A stretch of DNA of 58,905 nt, taken from the NCBI GenBank assembly GCA_038203965.1, contig JBBRDL010000001.1, forward strand, positions 1 to 58,905. Direction: 5' to 3'. Below are positions 50,410-58,782 of this stretch, in pieces. The stretch's first letter is position 1. Every line of letters starts with the position of its first letter. This DNA is from Chitinophagales bacterium. Its GTDB lineage: Bacteria > Bacteroidota > Bacteroidia > Chitinophagales > Saprospiraceae. Under the pieces are notes generated by a model. It did not search any database, was not told where the DNA came from, and was given only the letters and a program-made list of their open reading frames with translations. The translations under genes and the position numbers were made by a program.

Positions 50410-50940
50410 ATGTCTATATCTGTAAAATGGGGACTGATCACCGGGATGGTGTACGTCATTTTTTCTTTGATTAGTAACATGCTAGGCATTCAGCAAGGCG
50501 GAGGTGGTAGCCCTGTCCTAGGTATTTTGATGAATATTTTGATTATGGTGATTACTTTTTTCACTATTTATCTCGGCATCAAAGAGTCACGTGATCAGGA
50601 ATCAGGCGGATACCTGACCATGGGACAGGCTTTCAAAAAAGGGATGGCTATTGCTTTAATAGCTGGTGTGCTTGCGGGCATTTTTTCTTTTATTTATATG
50701 AAATTTATTGATCCTGAAATGATTGACAGGGTTATGGAAGGGTATGAAGACCAATGGGACACCATGAATGTTCCTGAAGAGCAGCGTGAAATGTCAAGAA
50801 AAATCACAGGCATTTTTATGAACCCGGCTATTCTGACCCCTTTTATGATCCTATGGGTAGCCTTTTGGGGCATATTCAAGTCATTGATAGCAGGCGCTAT
50901 GCTTAAGAAAGATGCCCCGCCAACACTACCTATCGTTTGA
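50410..50940 (+). CDS. DUF4199 membrane protein
   Basis: 176 aa with 4 TM and the typical DUF4199 pattern (YMKFIDPEM...). Confidence 0.65.
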   Translation: MSISVKWGLITGMVYVIFSLISNMLGIQQGGGGSPVLGILMNILIMVITFFTIYLGIKESRDQESGGYLTMGQAFKKGMAIALIAGVLAGIFSFIYMKFIDPEMIDRVMEGYEDQWDTMNVPEEQREMSRKITGIFMNPAILTPFMILWVAFWGIFKSLIAGAMLKKDAPPTLPIV

Positions 50941-50948
50941 TAAAATGT

Positions 50949-51929
50949 ATGTCTGCAGCTGATATTGATTTAACCCTCGTGATTCCACTTTACAACGAAG
51001 AAGAATCTCTGCCTGAACTAATGGCATGGATTGATCGCGTCGTGAAGGCAAATCAAATTGACAAGCTCGAAGTCATACTGATTGATGACGGAAGCACGGA
51101 TGAGTCGTGGAAAGTTCTCACTGCTTTGCGGGCTACGTATCCTTGGATAAAAGGTATTAAGTTCAGGCGCAACTATGGTAAATCTGCCGCCCTTCAAAAA
51201 GGCTTTGAAGCTGCCAGCGGAGGTATTGTGATCACCATGGATGCTGACCTCCAAGACTCTCCTGAGGAGATACCAGATTTGATGCGGATGATCCGTGAAG
51301 AAAACTATGACCTCGTCAGCGGCTGGAAAAAAGATCGTAAAGATCCAATAGGCAAAACCCTTCCATCCAAACTCTTTAACGCTGTAACGCGCCGAGCTAG
51401 CGGTATCAAATTACATGATTTCAATTGTGGCTTGAAAGCTTATACAAACGAGGTCGTGAAAAACATTGAAGTGTATGGAGAAATGCACAGGTATATTCCT
51501 GTCATCGCCAAGTGGGCCGGCTTCAGACGCATCGGTGAAAAAGTAGTAAAACATCAGCCACGTAAATTTGGCTACAGCAAATTCGGATGGGAAAGGATGC
51601 TCAACGGCTTCCTTGATATTCTTTCGATCATGTTTGTCGGGAAATTCGGCAAACGGCCCATGCATTTGTTTGGCACCTTAGGTGTACTCTTTTTTGTAGT
51701 AGGACTCGGCATCCTGGTCTACCTCAGTTACTTGAAAATCATCGAAGACATCGTACGAATTTCTGATCGTCCTGTTTTTTTCTTTGGTATCCTCACGCTG
51801 ATCATTGGTGCACAATTATTCCTGACCGGCTTCCTCGCCGAGATGATCAGCCGCAATGCGCCCAATCGTAATAGATATAAGATCGCAGAGCGGATTGGTA
51901 TTGATGAAACAGAAGAGCGGGAGTGGTAA
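50949..51929 (+). CDS. family 2 glycosyltransferase (polyprenol-phosphate glycosyltransferase-like)
   Basis: LVIPLYNEEE, IDDGSTD, MDADLQD DxD motif, and two C-terminal TM segments. Confidence 0.85.
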   Translation: MSAADIDLTLVIPLYNEEESLPELMAWIDRVVKANQIDKLEVILIDDGSTDESWKVLTALRATYPWIKGIKFRRNYGKSAALQKGFEAASGGIVITMDADLQDSPEEIPDLMRMIREENYDLVSGWKKDRKDPIGKTLPSKLFNAVTRRASGIKLHDFNCGLKAYTNEVVKNIEVYGEMHRYIPVIAKWAGFRRIGEKVVKHQPRKFGYSKFGWERMLNGFLDILSIMFVGKFGKRPMHLFGTLGVLFFVVGLGILVYLSYLKIIEDIVRISDRPVFFFGILTLIIGAQLFLTGFLAEMISRNAPNRNRYKIAERIGIDETEEREW

Positions 51930-52147
51930 GAGGGTAAGAAGGTAAGAGGGTAAGAGGGTAAGAGGCGGTTGGTGAGTTGTAGAACAAGGTTGAGGGATTG
52001 CAAGTCGAACCGCAGCACATGGTTGAGCGTTAGCGGGCGTCGCACTGAGCTGCACATGGAAGAGCGAATAGCGTCGAAGTGTCGAAGCATGAGTGGTGAG
52101 TGGTGAGTTTACTGATAGCTAGAAGCTGGCAGCTGACAGCTGGAGGC
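51926..52147 (+). repeat. composite: GTAAGAGG x5, GC-rich spacer, GAGTGGT x2, (AGCTGRC)n
   Basis: Units at 51926-51965, with the gene's TAA stop (51927-51929) inside unit 1. GAGTGGTGAGTGGTGAG at 52091-52107. GATAGCTAGAAGCTGGCAGCTGACAGCTGGAGGC at 52114-52147. Confidence 0.85.
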
Positions 52148-52151
52148 TCAC

Positions 52152-52622
52152 TCAATATTCAATCCCGACCTTTTTAAAAATAAAATGCAACAACCATGCT
52201 GGCCCTATCAGCAGGTACTGCACATCCTGAAGGAAGGATGGTTTTTTGCCTTCGATCTTATGCCCTATAAACTGTCCTACCCAAGCTACGACAAAAATGA
52301 TCAGGGCATACATAGCAAGTGTCCCTGCATCATATCCGGCCACCTTGTACAATGCAACTACACCATAAAGCATCAGACCTCCTATGGTCAGAAATCCAAG
52401 AAGCATCGTCATCGACAAACGGGCATAATAGATCCAGGCACCGACCAGTAATACAAATGCCCAATTAGCCCATAATGTCCGCTCTATTACAAACGGAATA
52501 GCAAATAACAGTGCCAGCAGACTAAACATAATGGCAGGTACACAAAACCAATGAATGAGTTTATTGGTAGCGTTCTTATGGCTTTCACCATAAGTGTCAA
52601 GGAGTTGATCAATGGGTCGCAC
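52152..52622 (-). CDS. DUF962 (Mpo1-like) membrane protein
   Basis: YGESHKNATNKLIHWFCVPAIMFSLL N-terminus; 156 aa with 4 TM. Confidence 0.7.
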   Translation of the reverse strand: MRPIDQLLDTYGESHKNATNKLIHWFCVPAIMFSLLALLFAIPFVIERTLWANWAFVLLVGAWIYYARLSMTMLLGFLTIGGLMLYGVVALYKVAGYDAGTLAMYALIIFVVAWVGQFIGHKIEGKKPSFLQDVQYLLIGPAWLLHFIFKKVGIEY

Positions 52623-52686
52623 GTGGGTATGGATTTGATTTTTAAATATACTTAAATTATTGAAAAAGTGGAAAACTTTCCGGAGT

Positions 52687-52896
52687 CAGCTATCAGCTTC
52701 CAGCTTCCAGACGCATTAACATTAAACATTACACATTACCTTTAACCACAATCCAATAACCCTTATTCATTAACCATTTTCCATTAACCCTTATCCATTA
52801 TCCATTAACCATTAACCATTTCCCCTTATCCAGTAACCATTAACCATTTCCCCTTATACATTAACCCTTATCCCTTATCCATAAACACTAAACACC
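52687..52896 (+). repeat. low-complexity array (CAGCTATCAG, CTTCCAG x2, CCATTAAC/CCTTATCC units)
   Basis: Read directly. Includes a roughly 30-nt duplicate TAACCATTAACCATTTCCCCTTAT at about 52803 and 52834. Sits in the divergent promoter region. Confidence 0.85.
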
Positions 52897-52998
52897 ATAC
52901 TGAGGAAATTCTGAAACCCTTTGCTACCTGGCTCTGGATTATATGGAAGGCAGACAGTACTAATTCTTTAAAACTAAATACCCTATTTTTGGCCGCAG

Positions 52999-53856
52999 AT
53001 GCTCAAGTTTATCGAATGCCCTAGAGATGCCATGCAAGGCCTGCACCAGTTCGTTCCGACGGAATTAAAGGCCAGATATATCAACAGGCTGCTCCGGGTC
53101 GGGTTTGATACGATTGATTTTGGTTCGTTTGTTTCCCCCAAGGCGATTCCACAAATGAGAGATACCGGAGAACTGATGGCACACCTTGACCTCAGTGGTA
53201 CCGCTTCAAAGCTTTTAGCTATAGTGGCCAACAAACGTGGGGCTATTGATGCTGTTCAGTTTGAGCAAATAACCTACCTGGGTTATCCATTTTCTGTTTC
53301 AGAGACCTTTCAGTTGCGCAATACGAATGCCACCATTGAAGAATCGCTGACCCGGGTAGAGGAAATCCAGGATATCTGTCTGGCCAATAAGCGTAAACTG
53401 GTAGTTTACCTTTCCATGGGTTTTGGCAACCCCTATGGTGATCCCTGGAATGTAGAAATAGTGCAGCATTGGGTAGATCATCTGGCAGAAATGGATATCA
53501 AAATCATGGCCTTGTCTGATACGATCGGGGTATCCAATCCTGAAAACATCAGTTATTTATTTTCCAATCTGATCCCACCCTATCCGGATGTTGAATTCGG
53601 AGCGCATCTGCATACCCAGCCGCATAACTGGCGCGAGAAAGTGGAAGCAGCTTATCAGAGCGGTTGCAGAAGGTTTGATTCAGCGATGAAGGGATATGGC
53701 GGCTGTCCGATGGCTAAGGATGAACTCACAGGCAATATGCCTACGGAGAATATGCTAAGTTACTTTAATGAGAGCGGCATTGCCACAGGCCTGAACAATG
53801 AAGCCTTTCTGGAGGCTATGGCGCTAGTGTCGGAAGTCTTTACCGGCCGGGAGTAG
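52999..53856 (+). CDS. hydroxymethylglutaryl-CoA lyase
   Basis: IECPRDAMQG N-terminal catalytic motif, TIM-barrel HMGL-like blocks, GCPMA near the C-terminus. Confidence 0.85.
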   Translation: MLKFIECPRDAMQGLHQFVPTELKARYINRLLRVGFDTIDFGSFVSPKAIPQMRDTGELMAHLDLSGTASKLLAIVANKRGAIDAVQFEQITYLGYPFSVSETFQLRNTNATIEESLTRVEEIQDICLANKRKLVVYLSMGFGNPYGDPWNVEIVQHWVDHLAEMDIKIMALSDTIGVSNPENISYLFSNLIPPYPDVEFGAHLHTQPHNWREKVEAAYQSGCRRFDSAMKGYGGCPMAKDELTGNMPTENMLSYFNESGIATGLNNEAFLEAMALVSEVFTGRE

Positions 53857-54076
53857 TATCTTCTTCTTCCTCTTCCGGTGGATTGAGGGCCATGTAGCTC
53901 ATCACTAATCCTCCACCAATCATCAGCATGCGTATAATCATACCTCTTGGTGAACCAGGTTTGTCAATCCACGCAAGGTAGCTAAGATTAGCTCCTATTA
54001 AAATTAATACCAAGGACAACGTCCCTAGTACAAAAAGGAGGAAACCAATGATCATGAAGAGGGTACGGAGGCGCAT
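53840..54076 (-). CDS. small 2-TM membrane protein with acidic tail
   Basis: 78 aa with two clear hydrophobic helices. Overlaps the lyase 3' end by 17 nt (convergent). Coding status is uncertain. Confidence 0.4.
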   Translation of the reverse strand: MRLRTLFMIIGFLLFVLGTLSLVLILIGANLSYLAWIDKPGSPRGMIIRMLMIGGGLVMSYMALNPPEEEEEDTTPGR

Positions 54077-54111
54077 AGTGGTGCAATGTTAGTGAAAATA
54101 ATTTTGTTTCA

Positions 54112-54337
54112 GGGGTCAGGGGGCAGCTATCAGGGGGCAGCTATCAGCAACATGGCTCCGCAAACCCCGGGGTTAATGGTTTATGTGTAGTGGTTAAGGG
54201 TTTAATGTTTTGTGCGTCTGGAAGTTGGTAGCTGGCTAAATGTTTAATGAGTAATGGTTAGATTAGGTGATTGAACCTCCCCTCGCAACACACAATCTCC
54301 CATTCTTACATTCTTACTTTCTCACTTTCTTACACTC
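54112..54337. repeat. composite: CAGGGGGCAGCTAT x2, GGTTAATGG-type units, CTGGAAGTTGGTAGCTGG, then CTTAC-type units
   Basis: 14-nt direct repeat at 54117-54144. 54165-54236 is an inverted relative of 52687-52760. 54301-54337 CATTCTTACATTCTTACTTTCTCACTTTCTTACACTC overlaps the 3' end of the next gene. Confidence 0.8.
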
Positions 54338-55458
54338 TTGCTGTAATTTACATTTCGTTCTCTCAGATAGTTGAGGATGTAATCGAAGCATCGCTCATCA
54401 TTCCCGATCAGTTCGGGGGGAAAGACGCCTTTCTCTGAAAACAAACCATCAAGAAACATATTGGCTGCTGCGGTGGCTGTGTATCCTGTCGTGCGCGCCA
54501 TTGAGGATGTCTGCGTGCTTTGATCATACGCATCGTATAAATTGTATTCCACAGTGACCTTGTTTCCGTCTGGATCGATTCCTTTTAGCGTAACGCGCAT
54601 CACTGTCAACTCCTCTTCGGTATCGCCAAGCTTCCAGTTATCAAAGAGAACGTGACTCGTGACCGCAAGCGGGGAGACAGACACGCCGTTGACATTGATT
54701 TTTTCCGGGTTGAAAAAACCGGTTTGTTTCAAGGCCCTGACTACTTCAACATGGCCCGGATAACGCAAAGTTTTTTCCTTCATGTTGCGGATATGTGGCA
54801 TCGTAAATAAAATGGACCTCAGGCCATCTGTATTAAAAGACTCAAGGGTGCCTACTTTATCAAATTCGATGAACGCACAATCTGTGAGTGGTTCGCGAAC
54901 AATAATGTTTCCATTTTCAACGTAACGCGCGGGACGTGTATACTCCTCAATCACATCGATAGGTGAGAAGGGTGCTTTGTAATAGAACGGCCATGTTTTG
55001 ACCTTTGGGAGCCCTCCGACCAGGCATTCGAAATCGGTAAGTTGAAGCACTTCATTATAACGTCCAAGGATAAAATTGCCCATCCCGGGAGCTACACCAC
55101 AATCCACTATCGCAGTGACACCCTTTTCTTTTGCTAATGCATCCAGTTCTAATGCATTTTCAGGAAAGAAGGATATATCGACTACATCTTTTCCTGCTTC
55201 AATAATGCTTTTCAATGTATTGAAACCAAGGAACCCAGGTACGGCACAGATGACTAGATCATATCCATCAAGCATTGCTTTCAGCGCATTTGATTGCCGC
55301 ACATCTAGCACACTCGTGTTGAGCTCGGGACACTTGCGCTTGATATAAGCTAATCGTTCCTCACTCAGATCCGTGAGTGTGACAGAATGCGTCTTTTGCA
55401 AATCAATGGCCATGGCGCTGCCTACCATTCCTGCGCCCAAAACGATGATATTGCTCAT
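54322..55458 (-). CDS. saccharopine dehydrogenase-family NAD(P)-binding protein
   Basis: IIVLGAGMVGSAMA Rossmann start and Sacchrp_dh-like N- and C-terminal domains; 378 aa. Confidence 0.8.
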   Translation of the reverse strand: MSNIIVLGAGMVGSAMAIDLQKTHSVTLTDLSEERLAYIKRKCPELNTSVLDVRQSNALKAMLDGYDLVICAVPGFLGFNTLKSIIEAGKDVVDISFFPENALELDALAKEKGVTAIVDCGVAPGMGNFILGRYNEVLQLTDFECLVGGLPKVKTWPFYYKAPFSPIDVIEEYTRPARYVENGNIIVREPLTDCAFIEFDKVGTLESFNTDGLRSILFTMPHIRNMKEKTLRYPGHVEVVRALKQTGFFNPEKINVNGVSVSPLAVTSHVLFDNWKLGDTEEELTVMRVTLKGIDPDGNKVTVEYNLYDAYDQSTQTSSMARTTGYTATAAANMFLDGLFSEKGVFPPELIGNDERCFDYILNYLRERNVNYSKSVRK

Positions 55459-55564
55459 TGAAAAAAAACTTAAGTTGAATTATTAAAGCATACAAATCTA
55501 CTTTTTAAAAACAATATGATTTGGTAACCTTTACATCTGTGACAGCGTATGACTGACTAAGGAA

Positions 55565-55602
55565 CGGCTAACTTCTCACTGTCAACTTCTAGCCTCTAGT
55601 TT
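55565..55602 (-). repeat. short purine-rich (minus-sense) array CTAGAAA / GTGAGAAG
   Basis: Minus sense reads TAG AAACTAGAGGCTAGAAGTTGACAGTGAGAAGTTAGCC, beginning at the TAG stop of the 55603-57147 gene. Confidence 0.7.
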
Positions 55603-57147
55603 CTAGTTTTCAAATCTTTTACGAATAACCTCTCCCACCGTCTTCCCTTCAATCCGGCTGTCAATCCATGCGACGATATCCAGGTGATGAAAAGTCCGTC
55701 CTTCAAAAGGATTTTTTTCAAGGCGCAATACTTCTTTTTTCAAAACAAGCAGATTGTGACTCAACTCCTGCTTTCGCACATCAAGATTGTTTTTGAAAAA
55801 TTGAAAGAGGACCATCTGAACTTCATTAAGGTCACGCATCTTGCTAAAGAAACGGCCAACACTGTCGACGAGATGCTCCAGCAGGTTGAAGTGATGAAGT
55901 TCGAAATGAGCCATTAGATGCATGAGCCTCGCATAACATTGAATATCCGTTCGGAGGTGACCTGCTGACTGCAGGTTAAGAATTTTATTGAGGTATTCAA
56001 TACTCTGGCCGGGCTGACCCGATCCAAGGTACAACCAGGCTGTTTTGTAATTAAACACCATGATGCGATGTATATCAATAAACCGTCCGTACTTCTTCAC
56101 CAACCGGTTGATTTCCGGCACCAGTTTCAACCCTTCTTCAAAAGAACCTTCGATAAAATGACGATTAATTTTAGCTGTATACAGATAAAGGAAACTGATA
56201 ATCTGCCCGGTCATGTCAAAATACTTCTCATGCGATATTGTAAAGGCTTCAAATTTTTCAAGCACAAGAACATAACGGGGATAGTCCCGCATACTGTAGA
56301 GCGATGTCAATTGATAGGACAAGCCTCTCATGTACAATACAGGATCTTCGCGCATATGCAACGGATTATCATCAAAAGCTTTGACCCACAATACCGCGTG
56401 ATGATGGCATCGTTCAAAATCAAGCATGATGTAATAAAACCACATATAACTCTGCTGCAGGTATATCTCCTCTGTCACAGAAAGATTGGTGATCCTGACT
56501 TTTCTCAGCTCTGAATCAAAGTATTCCCTCAATTGAAAATGATCCTTTTCATCCCTCACGTGACCGGTTTCTATGTACCAGCCATGTATTTTGATCTTAA
56601 GGTTTGATAGCATCACCAGGTTTGAAACCCTGGCCTCCTGGTTTTCCGACTCGATGAGGAGTGACTGCACCTTACCGGATTTCTTCCGGCTACGGGTGAT
56701 ATGCCGCTCTTCAATAAACTTTTGAAACTCGATAATCTCGAGGCGTAGAAGATCGTGACCTCCTTCAGGTAACATTTCTTTTACGCGCTCCAATAATTTG
56801 AAAGCCTGAAGATATAAACCCTTGCTATACAGGATATGAGAGAAGTCTATCTGCTCTCTTACTTTAATTGATTCAATGTTTTCAAAGATCAGCCGAAGGC
56901 TTTTCAAAACCTGGGTATATAAGTGACGCTTGGTATTGACAAACTGAGGTTTGGGAAGATCACCCATTTTTTCCAACACCGCGTCCTCATTATACTCCTC
57001 TGCTTTATCGAGGATGTCAAACAAACGCACATACATGACGTCTTCATTGCTCTGCAATCGCTGTACATAAAGCCTGAAATTGCGCTTTTCGGCCTTGGTC
57101 AGGGACTTAATAATGGTAAATAACTGTTCGGATTGAGCTATGGGCAT
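55603..57147 (-). CDS. hypothetical all-helical (TPR-like) protein
   Basis: 514 aa with no TM or signal peptide. Helix-rich repetitive composition. I recognise no family. Confidence 0.65.
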   Translation of the reverse strand: MPIAQSEQLFTIIKSLTKAEKRNFRLYVQRLQSNEDVMYVRLFDILDKAEEYNEDAVLEKMGDLPKPQFVNTKRHLYTQVLKSLRLIFENIESIKVREQIDFSHILYSKGLYLQAFKLLERVKEMLPEGGHDLLRLEIIEFQKFIEERHITRSRKKSGKVQSLLIESENQEARVSNLVMLSNLKIKIHGWYIETGHVRDEKDHFQLREYFDSELRKVRITNLSVTEEIYLQQSYMWFYYIMLDFERCHHHAVLWVKAFDDNPLHMREDPVLYMRGLSYQLTSLYSMRDYPRYVLVLEKFEAFTISHEKYFDMTGQIISFLYLYTAKINRHFIEGSFEEGLKLVPEINRLVKKYGRFIDIHRIMVFNYKTAWLYLGSGQPGQSIEYLNKILNLQSAGHLRTDIQCYARLMHLMAHFELHHFNLLEHLVDSVGRFFSKMRDLNEVQMVLFQFFKNNLDVRKQELSHNLLVLKKEVLRLEKNPFEGRTFHHLDIVAWIDSRIEGKTVGEVIRKRFEN

Positions 57148-57235
57148 AACAATAAACTATAACACAAGAATCAGATTTTCAAGCAAATATATAATTATAT
57201 ACGGTTTTAGCTATAACATTAACTGAAATTATTGT

Positions 57236-57268
57236 TTTGTATTCAGGGTACGGGCTGGTTTAGCTTTG
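57236..57268 (+). promoter_or_regulatory. candidate Bacteroidota-type promoter (TTTG -33, TAnnTTTG -7)
   Basis: TTTG at 57236-57239 and TAGCTTTG at 57261-57268, a 21-nt spacer, about 55 nt upstream of the glutamine synthetase ATG. Confidence 0.3.
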
Positions 57269-57322
57269 TGCCATTATATTCTAAAAATCAATCATCTATT
57301 GTCCTTCAAATCAACCCTCTTT

Positions 57323-58342
57323 ATGGCTAAGTTAAAATTTGAATATATCTGGTTGGACGGTTACAAACCTGAACCAACGCTGAGAAGCAAAACCAAGGTA
57401 CTTGAAATGGACAGCTTCAATGGCGATGCCCGAAAACTCCCTGAGTGGTCATTTGACGGCAGCAGCACACAACAAGCCACCGGACATTTATCTGACTGTG
57501 TTTTAAAACCAGTTGCCGCCTATCCGGATCCTCAACGTAAAAATGGATGGTTGGTTGTTGCAGAAGTAATGAATCCAGATGGCTCCCCTCACTCTACCAA
57601 CATGCGGAATCTCATTCCGAATGATACAGATGATTATTGGTTTGGATTTGAGCAAGAATATGTACTGGAGCATGAAGGTCTTCCGCTAGGTTTTCCTACA
57701 GGTGGATTCCCTGCCCCGCAAGGCCCTTACTATTGCGCCGTGGGCTACGGCAGAGTTGCCGGACGGGAGATGGTGGAAGAGCATTTAGACGCATGCCTCG
57801 AAGCCGGCCTCGGTGTAGATGGGATCAATGCCGAAGTACTTTTAGGGCAGTGGGAATTTCAGGTATTTGCTAAAGGAGGCAAGAAAGCTGCTGACGAACT
57901 GATCATCTGCCGCTACCTCCTGTATCGTATCTCTGAAAAATATGGTGTCAAAGTTAATATCCATCCAAAACCTGTGCTTGGTGACTGGAATGGCTCAGGT
58001 ATGCACGTCAACTTCTCTAACGGTGAAATGCGTCAGGAAGGTGGAAAAGATCTCTTCGATGCCATCTGTGAGAGTTTCAGATCTGTACACAAAGATCATA
58101 TCGATGTATACGGCTCAGACAATCATCTCCGTCTGACAGGAAAACATGAGACACAATCCATGCACACCTTCAGTTATGGTGTCAGCGATCGTGGTGCTTC
58201 CATTCGCATTCCGGTTTATACGGTTACGCATGAGTGGAAAGGCTACCTGGAGGACAGAAGACCTGCTTCAAATGCTGATCCTTATAAAGTTGCCGCCAGG
58301 ATCATCAAAACCGTACGTGGTGCAGAAGTAATGGTCTCCTAG
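57323..58342 (+). CDS. glnII: glutamine synthetase type II (about 340 aa, eukaryote-like form)
   Basis: MAKLKFEYIWLDG N-terminus, FGFEQEY, GQWEFQ, NGSGMHVNFS, RIP... blocks. ATG at 57323. Confidence 0.85.
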   Translation: MAKLKFEYIWLDGYKPEPTLRSKTKVLEMDSFNGDARKLPEWSFDGSSTQQATGHLSDCVLKPVAAYPDPQRKNGWLVVAEVMNPDGSPHSTNMRNLIPNDTDDYWFGFEQEYVLEHEGLPLGFPTGGFPAPQGPYYCAVGYGRVAGREMVEEHLDACLEAGLGVDGINAEVLLGQWEFQVFAKGGKKAADELIICRYLLYRISEKYGVKVNIHPKPVLGDWNGSGMHVNFSNGEMRQEGGKDLFDAICESFRSVHKDHIDVYGSDNHLRLTGKHETQSMHTFSYGVSDRGASIRIPVYTVTHEWKGYLEDRRPASNADPYKVAARIIKTVRGAEVMVS

Positions 58343-58384
58343 GCTGGTTTCACAATATTTATAATCATAATTTTTATTGCCGTA

Positions 58385-58415
58385 GGCTAAGCTGTATTCC
58401 AGCTTAGCCTTTTTT
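58385..58415 (+). terminator. rho-independent terminator
   Basis: 10-bp perfect stem GGCTAAGCTG / CAGCTTAGCC, 5-nt loop, followed by TTTTTT. Confidence 0.75.
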
Positions 58416-58606
58416 GTGTAAGAAAGTAAGATGTGTAAGAAAGTAAGAGCGTAAGATGTGTAACAGAGTAAGATGTGTAAGAAAGTAAGAGAGTAAGAAG
58501 GTAAGATGTGTAAGAAAGTAAGAGAGTAAGAAGGTAAGAAGTTAAGAGAGTAAGAGGGTAAGATGTGTAAGAGAGTAAGAGCGTAAGAAGGTAAGAAGGT
58601 GAGATA
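58416..58606 (+). repeat. about 23 tandem 8-9 nt units GTAAGANN(N)
   Basis: GTAAGAAA GTAAGATGT GTAAGAAA GTAAGAGC ... GTAAGAAG GTGAGATA, read directly. Confidence 0.95.
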
Positions 58607-58782
58607 TGTCCATTGGACAGGGATGTAAAATCCGCACCGCAGGCGCGCGGCCGTTGTTGGTGCGATGCGGTGAGCCTGTCGAACTGTGCGCACCAACGTC
58701 CATCGTATGGATATGCCGTGATACGAAGCCAGCGGCAAACTCATAAGCATTCAATCATACCATTCCCTTATCTTCGTCGAGC

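Noticed and set aside
52984-52991. TATTTTTG (-7-box-like) only 7 nt upstream of the HMG-CoA lyase ATG, implying a leaderless mRNA
   Set aside because: No matching -33 TTTG lies at the right spacing, and a single octamer match in AT-rich DNA is weak evidence.
15149-58606. Whether the many short direct repeats could be CRISPR arrays
   Set aside because: The units are 7-9 nt (or 21 and 46 nt) and strictly contiguous, with no unique spacers of 25-40 nt. No cas genes are in the window.
58268-58750. 160-aa and 70-aa minus-strand ORFs across the GTAAGA array; likewise 51728-52090 and 51816-52055
   Set aside because: These are antisense readings of purine-rich arrays (LPSYSLTFLHILPSY...). They have no start context and overlap real gene ends.
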